Source: Schizochytrium sp. TIO01 (taxonomy: Eukaryota > Protista > Bigyra: Labyrinthulomycetes). Taken from it: DNA of 64,000 nt. A program made the translations under genes and the position numbers. Shown here in pieces: positions 12,346-22,981 of the stretch. The notes below the pieces were generated by a model that had not been told where the DNA came from, did no database searches, and worked only from the letters and a program-made list of their open reading frames with translations. Positions within the stretch are counted from its first letter, which is position 1. Every line of letters starts with the position of its first letter. Location: contig SMSO01000037.1 in assembly GCA_004764695.1 (NCBI GenBank), forward strand, positions 1,650,747 through 1,714,746, in the 5' to 3' direction.

Positions 12346-12694
12346 TTGTGAAAGAAAGTATATATGTATTATATGAGTAAAAATGCCCTTTTTGTGCAAT
12401 GGTTCTTTCAACTTTGACAACTTTGAAAACTTTGAAAACTTTGAAAACTTTGAAAACTTTGAAAACTTTGAAAACTTTGAAAACTTGAAAACTTGAAAAA
12501 GAAAGAAAACAAAACTCACCAAAAAGCCTGAATAGGTTGTGAAAGAAAGTATATATGTATTATATGAGTAAAAATGCCCTTTTTGTGCAATGGTTCTTTC
12601 AACTTTGACAACTTTGAAAACTTTGAAAACTTTGAAAACTTTGAAAACTTGAAAACTTGAAAAAGAAAGAAAACAAAACTCACCAAAAAGCCTG
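12340..12694. repeat. Tandem duplication (191 bp + 164 bp) with a nested 9-bp ACTTTGAAA array
   Basis: Copies at 12340-12530 and 12531-12694 match except for 7 versus 4 ACTTTGAAA units. Confidence 0.92.
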
Positions 12695-13457
12695 CAGGTA
12701 AGAAAACTCGCCAGGGACCTCCCCCTCACAGCAAGACTGGGAACTACAGGGGCAGAGTGAATGTGAGGAAGGGCTGCTCAAGTGGGGGTGAGAACCAAAA
12801 GGACCCGCGGCCAACTCACAACACACCGTCGAGGGCCCCTCTGATGGGGAGCCTCAGAGAACCCAGTGGAGGATAGAGTGCAGAAATCATAGAATTCCTT
12901 CAAAATAGAGCAGAGTATGTGAGGGGGAACCCCAGTGTGACGGCCTTTCCGCAGCAGCGCTTTGGCCAATCCTACAACGCCGCTCTCCACCTCTTCAGAC
13001 GCAAGAACAGAACTCGTCGCGCAAGAGGTTCCTCACGCAGCGCAACCCATCGAGCCGCGAAACCTCAGGCCCTCGCGTCCCCGCTGCCTTCACCTGGACT
13101 GCGGCAGTGCTGCTCGCTAGCCTGCCGTGTACATAGTTGGTCATCTTTGATCCGAAAGGTTCGCGTCCTTTAGAAAACAGGCTTTGAAGGACAAGAAGCT
13201 CATCTTGGACGAGCAAGCGACACCAGGAGGCTCGAGAGCGCTCCGGGAATACGATACTTTGGCCGAAATTGTGAGAGCTGGGGTCTGCCCCAAGAATATA
13301 GCGAATTCCGTAAGGGCTCTTGTACCTGCGTTGCTTGTGTGCGGGAGTTGACGAAGTGTTTGTTCGGGTCTAGAAGAAGTAGAAGAACAAGAAGTAAAAG
13401 AGAAAAACTATTGTGGAAAGAAAAGCAAGTCCTGCGTTGGACGGAAAGGCAAGCAAG

Positions 13458-14720
13458 ATGTTTGGCAGGATAAGCTCGTTCATGGAGAGTGCCAGAGGGT
13501 CTGTAGAGGATCTGCTGCAAACTATTGTGGATGATACAAATAACTTTGGTAACCAACCGGCGAATTGTAGCTCTCGCACCAACCATGGCGCCCGCACGAA
13601 CAACAACGTAGGAGCCACGCGCGTCAATGCTTCAGCGGCGAGAGTAAATGTGAAGAAGGATGTGAACGGTTCCCAAGATGCACTTGATTTCGTGCAAGGA
13701 CTCATGCAAGATGCCAGTGCCGCGAAGAAGCTCTTTATTTCATACGACAAGCTCTTAACAAGGAAATCCAAGGAGGACACCTCGCAGAGTACGCGTTTTA
13801 GCATGACGTCAGAACAAAACCTGCACGCCCGAACTGTTATTGAGGCCATTCCTGCTTTCGATAGACTCCGCTTTACCCTTTGCCCATCGTACATGCCCGA
13901 TAGCCGCTTCTGGGAGGTTTACTTCACTTTGATCTGGGAAAGGTGCTCTCTGAGCGCCTCCAAAGACGACGAGAATACTCTAGATGCTATTTATGATTCC
14001 CCCGCCGTCAAGAATTTAGCCAAAGTTGCTTCTCCTAAGCATCAAGCCACTAACGCACAAACCACGACATCCCTTGCTGAAGCCAAAGAAGAAGTTGTGT
14101 CTCCCGAAGATCTTAACAAAGGTATGAAACGGGAACGTGAGAATAGCGAGGAAGGCAGCAACATTGCTGGGGACATTGCAATTGTGTCTCGCCTTCTTTT
14201 TGACGGCGCCCGTCGCACATTCCAGTTCGCTGAGCAGCTTATGGAGGCAATGGACGAGCGAGCTAGTGACGCTGCAGCAAGGTCCAGTACCTGCGCTGTA
14301 GATGCCACGGTTGCTATTGCTGATCCTGGTGCCAAGTCTTCTTCCAGTCTCTCCTCAAATGCAATGACTTCTCCTTCTGTAGCCCCCCCACTCCCCTCTC
14401 AAAACACCGCTACGACCACGGTTGGGACCGAAAAAAGCGACACCAAGCGTGGTCGATTTGAAGAGTCCTCTGAGCCGCTTGCAGAACCTGTTGAAAAGAC
14501 CTTGACTACATCTCGTTCTTTGGTGTCCTACCCAAGCCAAGGAAGCCTTGCCTCTTCTTCCTCCGACGGAGCAGAGACTGACGGCTTGTCAGTTGCGTCG
14601 ATTGATGACGCCGATCTTGGAGAGTGGGCCAAGGTGTCCGCTCGTACACATGGCAAAACCGCACGCAAGACCCGTTCCAGCGTTGTTGAGGAACATGTCG
14701 AAGATTTTGAATGGATCTAA
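13458..14720 (+). CDS. BSD-domain protein with a long disordered C-terminus
   Basis: HARTVIEAIPAFDRLRFTLCPSYMPDSRFWEVYFTLI fits the BSD pattern (LR..L.P..M....FW..YF); first ATG at 13458. Confidence 0.8.
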   Translation: MFGRISSFMESARGSVEDLLQTIVDDTNNFGNQPANCSSRTNHGARTNNNVGATRVNASAARVNVKKDVNGSQDALDFVQGLMQDASAAKKLFISYDKLLTRKSKEDTSQSTRFSMTSEQNLHARTVIEAIPAFDRLRFTLCPSYMPDSRFWEVYFTLIWERCSLSASKDDENTLDAIYDSPAVKNLAKVASPKHQATNAQTTTSLAEAKEEVVSPEDLNKGMKRERENSEEGSNIAGDIAIVSRLLFDGARRTFQFAEQLMEAMDERASDAAARSSTCAVDATVAIADPGAKSSSSLSSNAMTSPSVAPPLPSQNTATTTVGTEKSDTKRGRFEESSEPLAEPVEKTLTTSRSLVSYPSQGSLASSSSDGAETDGLSVASIDDADLGEWAKVSARTHGKTARKTRSSVVEEHVEDFEWI

Positions 14721-15033
14721 AATTTTGCAATGCAAGTCGTCTGCAGGTAGTTTTGATTGATTAGCTGTGTCGAGAAACTTGTGTACGAGGTCACCTTGAT
14801 CTACGTATGCGGTTAACACTCTAGTTTTTCTTCTACCTGTTGGAAACAACCCTGTACTCATCTTCCATATGTCTGCAATCATTGTGAAAAGACACGTTCT
14901 CTTTTGTTCCCCATGTAGCTAAATTTTATTATATTTTCCTCGACATCGCGCTGGTTGACAAGTCCCTTTTTGGTCGCACCTTCATTAGTTTTTGTTCTGA
15001 GCATCTTCTGGGCGTAAATGTTGTTCAAATCTC

Positions 15034-15193
15034 CTCAGGGGTTTTCTGCAAGTTATTCCTCAGCTTACAAGCCCAAGCGTAGCATTACGCTTTCTAAATC
15101 TTGAGGCTAAGCTCTCAGGGGTTTTCTGCAAGTTATTCCTCAGCTTACAAGCCCAAGCGTAGCATTACGCTTTCTAAATCTTGAGGCTAAGCT
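15034..15193. repeat. Exact 80-bp tandem duplication
   Basis: 15034-15113 is identical to 15114-15193. Confidence 0.95.
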
Positions 15194-15931
15194 TTGGTTG
15201 TGTAACCATTGGGCAGCCTGAAGTGATTTTCCGTCTCTTCGGACCCCATGCTAGTATATTTATTTTCTGATAATATCCAGAGAAAGTGAATCAAACAACG
15301 TCTCATCCCCAACTTCTTGACCTCGTTTTAAGGGCTAACTCAATATGTTTATTTAGTTTAGGATATTTCCTACGCCCATGCTACAAGGTCATTTCTTTTT
15401 AGCAGCGAAAGACAAGAATTTCGTGTCAGAATGTTTCGTGACCTATTATTTCAAATGGTATTATTAATTTTAGTATACTAGTTATCCTGAAGTTGTTGAG
15501 CGTCATTTCTCGTTTCTCTTGAGCTAATCTCTAAGACCATCTTTCAATTTCTATTTCATCTCACTCAAGTCTATCATGTTCTCTGGTTTATCTTTCCCCG
15601 TGTTGCATGAACTCCGACGCTATCTCTTAATGAAACTCATGGCAAACCCATTTTCCAAAGTGTCTCTTAGTTACAATGTATTATTAACTAACATGACAGG
15701 CTTTGAAATAGATAAGATAATACGAAAGAAGGTCGTTGCTTCGCAAGAAGACACCATCCAAAACCATAAACCTATCTCTCTCGCACGCGGGGGCGAACGG
15801 GCGGCTGAACCAAGCCCTGGTTAGGAGACCTAGATATCTGTGTCTCTTCCTTTCCCCTCCTTCAAGTCTCGCTGCTAGTCGTTTCTCTCAAGTTTTAGCC
15901 TTCATCTTGATCATCTTGAATCCACAACTCC

Positions 15932-17335
15932 ATGGCAGACGGCGACGAGGGTGGTCTCACCCTTCGCACAGACCTAGGTGCCGTTACTTCCCTGGATATA
16001 TCATCTCAGGATGATGGCGACCTGGCCGTGGCCCCCGGCGACTTCAAGGCCTTTGTCGGTGGTCTGAGCTGGGAGACCACCGACGAAGGCCTCGAGCTGT
16101 ACTTCTCGCAGTTCGGGCAAGTCCTCGCAGCTGAGGTTATGCGCGACAGGTACACAGGCCAATCCCGGTGCTTTGGTTTCACTTCGTTTGCCACTGAGGA
16201 AGGCCTCGACCGCGCTTGCAAGCAGCATCTGCATGTTATTGATGGCAAGGAGGTCGAGGTGAAGGTTGCTTTTCGTAAAGAGAAGGCTGCGGGAGAGGCC
16301 GGTACGCCCTCAAACGCGCCCAGGGATGGTGCGAAACAGGACGAAAGAACTGGTTCACAGTTCAATGACCCTGAGAAAAAGATCTTTGTGGGAGGTTTGC
16401 TGCCAGAGACCAAAGAGGATGACCTCGTGAAGCACTTCTCGACCTATGGACCCGTGAAGGACGCGGTGATCAAGTATGATGAAGCGAGGAGGTCCAGAGG
16501 ATTTGCGTTCGTGACATTTGAGACATTGGAAGGAGTTGAAAAGGCCAGTGAACAGGCCATGCAGACACTGCTGGGAAAGAGGGTCGAGATCAAGAGGCAC
16601 AAGAAGTCCGCTCCGTCCAGTGCGACACCGAATGCAGCGAGCGGTGGGGGTGGAAATGCGGCAGCTGCAAGTGGAGCAGGTAATTCGGCTGAAACACAAG
16701 GCGGTGCCTCGCAAAGTGGGGCTGCAACGCCAACTGCGGCAAGTGGAAATGCGGCGAACCAAGGAAGCGGAGGCGTCGATTCGGATAATAGGACAGCAAG
16801 CCCAAGTGAAAGCACAATGAAGGAGAATGAGGCAGATCTAGGACCACAGAGGAAGAAGTACAAGGATCGTACGTTTGGTGATATTTATGCAGAATATTTT
16901 GATGCGGTAAGACGTGGTTTTGCACCAGCACCACACGGAAGAGGCCCCCCACCGCCGTTGAGACCATCACCGAGGGAGCAGAATATGAGCATGCCACCAC
17001 CAATGCGAGAGAGAGATGTGTCTTCAAGCAGGCCCTCAGCAAGGGGAGATATGGATGCCAGATCCCATACATCGTACAATCGAGATCCAATGGACATGCG
17101 GGACACGAGAGACATGAGGGATACGAGGGACTCAAGGAATCCAAGGGACCAGAGAGACAACTTTAACTACCGCGACAACAACAACAACAATCATCATAAT
17201 GGCGGAAACAACAACAACTATCGCGATGATGGAGGGTTTCGCGACAACCGTGACAACCGCGATAGGGATCGTGGTCGAAGGCCTCGTCGCGGCGGCTCAT
17301 CCTTTCGGGGTCGCAGGGGAGGAAACCAAGGTTAA
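15932..17335 (+). CDS. Two-RRM RNA-binding protein, hnRNP A/D-Musashi-DAZAP1 type
   Basis: RNP2 AFVGGL and IFVGGL; RNP1 RCFGFTSF and RGFAFVTF; low-complexity RD/RGG tail. Confidence 0.92.
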   Translation: MADGDEGGLTLRTDLGAVTSLDISSQDDGDLAVAPGDFKAFVGGLSWETTDEGLELYFSQFGQVLAAEVMRDRYTGQSRCFGFTSFATEEGLDRACKQHLHVIDGKEVEVKVAFRKEKAAGEAGTPSNAPRDGAKQDERTGSQFNDPEKKIFVGGLLPETKEDDLVKHFSTYGPVKDAVIKYDEARRSRGFAFVTFETLEGVEKASEQAMQTLLGKRVEIKRHKKSAPSSATPNAASGGGGNAAAASGAGNSAETQGGASQSGAATPTAASGNAANQGSGGVDSDNRTASPSESTMKENEADLGPQRKKYKDRTFGDIYAEYFDAVRRGFAPAPHGRGPPPPLRPSPREQNMSMPPPMRERDVSSSRPSARGDMDARSHTSYNRDPMDMRDTRDMRDTRDSRNPRDQRDNFNYRDNNNNNHHNGGNNNNYRDDGGFRDNRDNRDRDRGRRPRRGGSSFRGRRGGNQG

Positions 17336-17852
17336 CAAGTTCGAGAACACCGTATTATATTTCTCTTCTTCTCATTTATCTCGGTCTAATATTTACTTCA
17401 AACAAGATTGATGGTTTGGGGGGACACCTCTACTTTGCTCGTATCAAACGAGAATCTAGGCATGAATTATGCAAACTTTATGAGCACGCAACGTTTAAAC
17501 TTGCAAAATTTATTAGTAACAGGTTGAGCCTCCTTCTTTAATAAATGATGTATGAATGGTAGTATTTCAACGTAATATTCTTCAACTGCATTCTTGAATT
17601 TAGCATAGATTCCATGTTAACATCCTCCGAAATGGACGTGTCTTGCTTGATCTGAGCTGCCTACTCTTTTAAAGAAAATGTACTGACAGCGTTCTATATG
17701 CTCGTAGCAAAGGTCAAAGTAAGGCTCTTACCTTCTACTATGCCGTTCTTTCTGCGGGGACTGGTATCATGACAAGTGAATAGATTATAGGTCTCCCTGA
17801 TTAAATCCAATCAACGAACTGTCACTGTATGCCGGATCCGGTACAAATCAGT

Positions 17853-18176
17853 TCATTCCTTTTTCTCTTCCTCGATCTCTTCGAGATCGGGCTGGTACGC
17901 AGCAAGCCCATCATCGTGGACCTCCTTCACCTTGGGTGTGACAATGGGCTCGCCTCGAAAACCTTTCGAGATACTAAAACGAAATGACAGTCTCTGCCAA
18001 TGAGGAGGCTGTCCTCCAAAGCGCCACCATTTACCCGATCGGTCCCGTTGACCCCACTTGCGGTTTCTGCGCTCTTCGGCCTCCTCCTCCCGAGCAAGCT
18101 TTTTTGCTTCTTCTCGAGCCCGGCGCTGCTCTGCTCTGTCTTGCAGATACTCCAACACAGACATGCGAAGGCTCAT
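17853..18176 (-). CDS. Small hypothetical protein (107 aa): charged helix plus Trp/Gly/Arg-rich segment
   Basis: ATG-initiated ORF with coding-like composition, convergent with the RRM gene; no family recognised. Confidence 0.6.
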   Translation of the reverse strand: MSLRMSVLEYLQDRAEQRRAREEAKKLAREEEAEERRNRKWGQRDRSGKWWRFGGQPPHWQRLSFRFSISKGFRGEPIVTPKVKEVHDDGLAAYQPDLEEIEEEKKE

Positions 18177-21100
18177 GATAGCACCTTCTTTAAGACTTGC
18201 ACTGAATCTGTCACTAAAGAATCCCAAGCGACAGCAATTGTTCAAAACTTAGACAGTACTCTCTTGAGAGAAGATGTCAAGCAAAGGCCTCTAGTTTCAC
18301 CGAATCAAGCCTACAGTTCTTTATTTCGGTTCTGCTCAAGTCCCAGGGTTCTCTTCTGCAAGAGGTCTTCTTTATCTGATACTTGATCAGAAGATGCGTA
18401 AATACACTTCAACTACAATTTGAGAATTGCCGCCCGTGCCCGTAGAGCCCCCCTCTCACCAAACATTGTCAGGTAACCACGCAACACCCTCGCTCGACTG
18501 TGCAATTGCAGAACCCAGTGCAGCCACTACAGCGAGCCAGACCGTAATGCAGCGAGCAGGAAGGATCGTTGCCGGCACCTTCAAGTTGCTTAGGACCTCA
18601 TACTACTACGCCCAGGCGGCCTCCGACGAGTAGGTAGCGCCGTGGTTCTCCAAGAAGTGCTATGAATCTATTTCTACCTAGCACTTGAAGTTTCAAGATC
18701 TAGACCGTCACTACGACTCTCAAATCCATCCTTGACGGCGCGTGCCGCTGCGGCGAACCTTTTAATACTAGTATTGCTAATGGTTATAGTTGCGGGCTCA
18801 TCAGCATGATCCTCGCGATGGGCCTGCTAGTAGGTCATCATCGTGATTTTGCCAGTGTGTTGGCAGGGCCTCTCACGATTCAACCGCGTCATGATTCACG
18901 GATAAGTCTTGCACGAAACCGTGCCACTTCAAAGGTCTGAGGGTTTTCATTTGTTATAGTCGAGCTTTCGATGTAACTTCGTGAAAAGAGGCGCGTACCT
19001 ACTAGTGAGTGAGTACTTCAAGGAACTTCAACAAGTTTCATTCAAAGTGGCGCCAGACCTGATCAGTTCAAGGTGAATTGTGACGACCTTCAAGTGACGG
19101 GCTCCAATCATGGTCTTCACTCTCAGTGGCATTTCCCTCGAGTACGCCAAAATGTACTCGCCGCACCACGGGTCTTGGCAGATTTTGCGGAACCCTTTTG
19201 CGCACGTGGACAAGGCGCTCCCAGGCTCGATATGCTAATTCAGTCGCAGAATAGGTAGGGAGGTAGTAGGGACCACCAGCACGACCATCAATACTGATTG
19301 TGTCATGCTGCACTCGGGCTGCATTCTGACTTGAGACTAAGCATGATGGCGACCAGCTTGTTGCTGCACGGATAAAGCGCCGACGCCTCGAAAAATGGAT
19401 AGTAGGTATTTTGAAGCTAGCAAGCTGATTGGATTGATTGATTTCATCGGAAAGTCTTGGAGGAGTGGACTAATAAAGAATATATGGATTACTATAGGAC
19501 CTGTTACTGAGAGGATGAACCTCAACTTCAGGTCGAAGTCCAGCGACCTGATAGACAGCAGGAGCTCAGTTGTATAATCTATAGAAGAGGGACGGAGGTC
19601 TGGATGTCACTGTGATAATGGTTATGTTGACAAATAGTTGCTCCTGTACCCCCATTTTTTGAGGGCTCTAACTCTCATTGAAGTTGTTGTACTACTGCTT
19701 GTACTTTATTAATTTATACTGAACACGTCTAGTGATGATCATGATATAAGATATGTATGTACATCGACAAGGATCCAAACGCTGGCACTCCTGTTGATTG
19801 TGCTGCAATGGTACCAAGTCCAGTTGTTACTGGAATTGATCTCAACAACAGTGACAGGACTATTGGCGTCATCCTAGTTCTTTTGCTTGATTGATGCATT
19901 TTCTCAAGAAACAGGCTTCGACCTTCATTAAATTCAACATGGCCCGCCCATCATCGAGTACAGAAAGCCTCCGCGGCTCAATTGGGTGGCCGAGGTAGAC
20001 CAGAAGAAACTGCCGGTATGGCACTCAATTATCTCAAACTCCCAGTCACATGAAAGGTACCTAGATGTACCCAGTAAAAGCGAACGAGAAGGCATGGCCA
20101 CAGTGCAGACGAAGCAAACCCGATGAGACGTCTGGCCGGCACGGGCGGCCTTGGGGACCACTCACGTGCGGACGGCGCGACAGTCGTTGTGCGAATAAGG
20201 GCCCACGCCACTGCAGGATCCTCGGCGATGGACACTGGTCAAAAGTGTACCGTCTATGTTGGAGGCACCTAGCTAGTGTCTACGTCTCAAAACCATACTG
20301 GCAAGGCCTGAGAGCCATCCAGCTGTGCTAGATGTCCTCATAGATCGCACCTATGGCCATCGCAAGTAACCTAGCCCATGAATGCAAATTGCTCAAAGAA
20401 AGCCATGCTTGCAATTGCGGGCGACCTGTACCTTTTCCAACCAAGTGAAGCAACCCTCGAAAACCTTAGATTCTGGCCTATCCGACTCACCATTCCATGC
20501 GATTCTCTGTCCCAAAGTTCTATCTGTGCTTGGCAGTGCAAGTTCTACGAAGTCGGTCCCCAGAAGAGCTTGAGGCCAGGCAAGGTGCCAGCTGTGACAC
20601 ACAACCCAGAGATCGAACGTGAAGAGCCTAGACGAGTGGCGTTCCATGCACCACCTTGCCTCAGAGTTGGGCCTTGGCGAGATTCCGCACGTGCCGCAAG
20701 AAAGTCCCATGTTACGTTGCAATTGCGTCCTCCCTTCAGACCAGACAGAGTCTGGGGCGTGGCAATACAGCGGCGTGTCCTCAGAACCTGGCCTTGTTCG
20801 CGACGGCGCCGCAGCGACGCTTCTCCGCCTTCTCGAGGGCTCAACCAGGGCTGTGCTTCGCCAAAGAGGTTGCGCTCGCAGCTTAACTGAAGCCCTGAAA
20901 TCGAGCGAGTCTGTCTTCTTGTTCCAAGCGCTCTGCCCGCAGACACCTGCGAGTTAATTATTTCATTTTATCACCGGGAACCGACTTGCGCCCGAGTGCA
21001 TGCTGCTGGCGGTGCGATGGGCAAGAGCAGCAAATGCACGAAGGGCGTCTTTAAGCTGCTGGCAATCAACTCGAACTGGACATCAGCCGTTCAAGTTGGT

Positions 21101-22981
21101 TTCACGAAGGCTTGGTTAGTTCGACACGCCAATTTTAATGCGGAGCTGAGAAAAGAAACCCGCCATCTTTTCCTCTCCTTTCTCCTTTTGGGAAGGCAGC
21201 GCGTGCAAACTGGCGCGGGACAAACCTCAACGGTCTCTTCTGTGTAATTATTTATAAATTGGGGAAACAAAAAGAAAGAAGGAATGGCCTCGAGTGCTTT
21301 GTATTGATTTTTGGGGTCTGGAGATACTTGAGGCAGAGTTGCCGCAGCCCGGGTTTCGTCACTTGCAAGATGCAAGATCCTCCAATCCCAACTGCTTTTC
21401 ATCGCCAGGGTCGGGTTGCTTGAAAACCAATCCAGTTGAAGACTGCCAGAGATTCAGAATGGAAAAGATGAAAAGGAAGGAACACCTTGGCTTTCGTTCC
21501 CTTTTTCTTATATAATAAATTTTGATTGTTTGATTTTTTTTTTTTAAAGCTCAGCTGTCTCATTTGCAGCGGTGATCTATAGAGGCGTTTGTTAAAACAG
21601 GCGACTGACTGCGAGTGAGGGATTGTTGAGAACCCTGCACGACAACCTATGTCCGCAGGAGCCCTGGCCTGTCGATGACCTTCAAGTTAGCACCAAGCTC
21701 CAGCATCGCCACTCGTGACAGCACAGCAGCAATCAATACATACCTCGAATGGAGCAATTTTCTTTAACAAGCTAGCCTACAATTCAAAGTAAATTCACGA
21801 AAAAACCATCTATGGGCGTGAACGTGTACGAGGTCAGCAAGTTCCCCGGGTGTGTCGCACATGTGTCTCAAAAGCATCTTTATAACGGCAAAAGACCATG
21901 ATCTCTGAGTTGGTATACAACCATTGATGGATTGCACATGCACAGCGTGCCAGTACAAGTAGGTACCCATTACTGACTGCTTAACGAATGCTAGCTGCGT
22001 TAAAAAATTCCAGTTTCGTAGCATTTTTTGCTTCAATTCTCTCTCGCAGCACTCGCTGTCGAGTCGATTCCAGCTCGTCGTTCCAGCGCTGTACCACAAT
22101 GATTGCCACTCGGAGTCAGCCTTGCGCCGTAAACCCGTGTTGCCACAGTGAAATAATCGCGCGGCACCTTGGATTGAGTTGGGAAACTTCCCACAGAAGT
22201 GGCGATATTCACGTGAAGAAAAGCAACACGTGAAAACGCAGCAGATCTGGGCGCGCGTTCAAAAGAGGTCCCTGTGTAGTACAGCGCGACGGCGCTTCCT
22301 AATGCTCGCTGGACCTCCTCAACGTACGAGGGGCAATCGGATTCTGCCCAAGGTTTAGAGCATTTTGCGATGGCCAACCATGCGAATCGTTTCTCTGGTC
22401 TGTGTCATGCGGGGCCATCTCTTTCAGAGACCATCGTTGGGAAACGCGGCAACGGTGCCAAGAGCCGCTATCATCGGAGTGCGGCATGCACGAAGTATGC
22501 GCGATTATTCATAGGACATGGAGCTCATTCATTCATTATTTCGAAGTTAGCTGTTCTTCATTCTCGCATTTACATGCAGCCTCTCTGACTAAGTCCGTAG
22601 AGAAGTACGTCACAGAGTTGCGGGACTGCTGGCAGAAGTGGCAGCAGGAAAGATTGTCATCGTAGAAAAAAGAGCGCAAGGGCATGATTGTGCGCAAAGG
22701 GATGGTGATGGTCACGTCCTATTACATTTAACGCCGAGGTAGCGTACGAAGTCACAGAATGGGCAGTGCACGAATGAATTTATTACTTCAGGTTCTCTCT
22801 TTATCTTTTTTGAACCAAATTGACTTGAAAGTTATAAAATAAAAAACATTATTTCTAGCTACCGTATGTATAGTATGTGTATATATAAAAGGTGAAAATT
22901 AGTCAAGTAAGAATTGTGAATGCATATTTTGGGCGTGGAGAAGTACTACTACTACAGAACACATACTGTCCACATTACCTC

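Noticed and set aside
4815-15193. Repeat arrays as CRISPR-like structures
   Set aside because: Units are head-to-tail without unique spacers, there are no cas genes, and the context is eukaryotic
20100-20130. CACAGTG heptamer resembling a RAG/Transib end
   Set aside because: No nonamer at 12 or 23 spacing, no partner end and no transposase
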